DNA from: Phoronis australis
Taxonomy: Eukaryota; Animalia; Phoronida
Direction: 5' to 3'
Assembly: GCA_002633005.1 (NCBI GenBank)
Contig: NMRA01000429.1
Span: 331,322-395,321 of the forward strand
DNA: 64,000 bases
Every line of letters begins with the position of its first letter. Position 1 is the stretch's first letter. The position numbers and the translations under genes are program-made. Shown here piece by piece: positions 63,265-64,000 of the stretch. Under the pieces are notes generated by a model. That model made no database searches and was not told the origin of the DNA. It saw nothing but the letters and a program-made list of their open reading frames with translations.

Positions 63265-63530
63265 ACAAGAGCAACGCAGAGTGTTGAAATGCGCCCACGA
63301 CAGCAACGCAAACAGTTTGCTTCTAGGGGTGTTTGTAAGTGTCAAAAATGGACAATAGGTGGCACAGAATGTCAAATCTACCCCAAAATGGATAAATGCT
63401 ATCACCATAATAATACTTCATGAAAATCCATCAATGAACTCCAAAGATACTCAGAAAAACGTAAAAAAACAAAGTTGCCACTAGGGGGCACCTCAATCGT
63501 CGGATTGGGCTGAAACTCGTCCTCGCTGGT
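63265..63530 (-). mobile_element. HINE/DINE-like element, 3'-end fragment
   Basis: acaagagcaacgcagagtgttgaaatgcgcccacga matches 60398-60433. Confidence 0.65.
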
Positions 63531-64000
63531 TCCTTGCAAGTCCACTAAGGGAAGAAGACATGTAGGCAGCATTTAATTTTCCTCGGGAAATTTTTTTACA
63601 CCCGCGATTCTGCTTGGCTGGTTGAATTGCCAAAAGGCATGCCCGGACTGATGGAGGAAGTTTAAATGTGGATATAGTTTGTGGTCTGTTGTACGGAGAA
63701 ATCGGCCGTGCTTAATTGGGATATGTTCAAGAAATGTGAATCAGAAAGTTGTGGTTGTGCCCTTTCAGTGTGCAATTTTTCTACTGTCACTGAATTTTGT
63801 TTACGTTGTTGTCAGTATGCTAGTGTTCTTTTCGGCTACCGATGTCAACCTCATCAACTGCATTGGCTGTGCAGACAACTTAACTTGGTCTTTCTGATGT
63901 TATTAACACTGCAGAGAGAAAACTTGATTTTCAAAGATATTGACAAGGCTAAAAATCGTTCACAGTCTGCCATTTTCTTTCTTTGTTGTCAAGTTAACTA

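Overview
AT-rich, intron-containing eukaryotic (animal, probably marine invertebrate; inferred) draft-assembly DNA with N gaps. There are no operons, rRNA genes or CRISPR arrays. Four protein-coding loci can be supported. (1) An intronless class A GPCR (1250-2230, minus). (2) A multi-exon coiled-coil protein gene (about 32750-40804, plus). (3) The 3' half of a GH35 beta-galactosidase-1-like gene (44991-55593, minus), carrying a pair of duplicated 91-nt exons that look mutually exclusive. (4) The last two exons of an intron-containing PhnZ/TmpB-type HD-domain phosphonate oxygenase gene (59831-62372, minus). The rest is dominated by transposon relics: two Kolobok-like elements with a THAP remnant facing a second ORF remnant, a nested foldback cluster with a displaced 9-bp TSD, Helentron-associated (HINE/DINE-like) elements whose internal repeats carry CTCF-like motifs, a PIF/Harbinger MITE and other MITEs, tRNA-derived SINEs, LINE 3' ends, a Gypsy remnant and mini/microsatellites. 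All family assignments come from motif recognition by eye; no database search was run.
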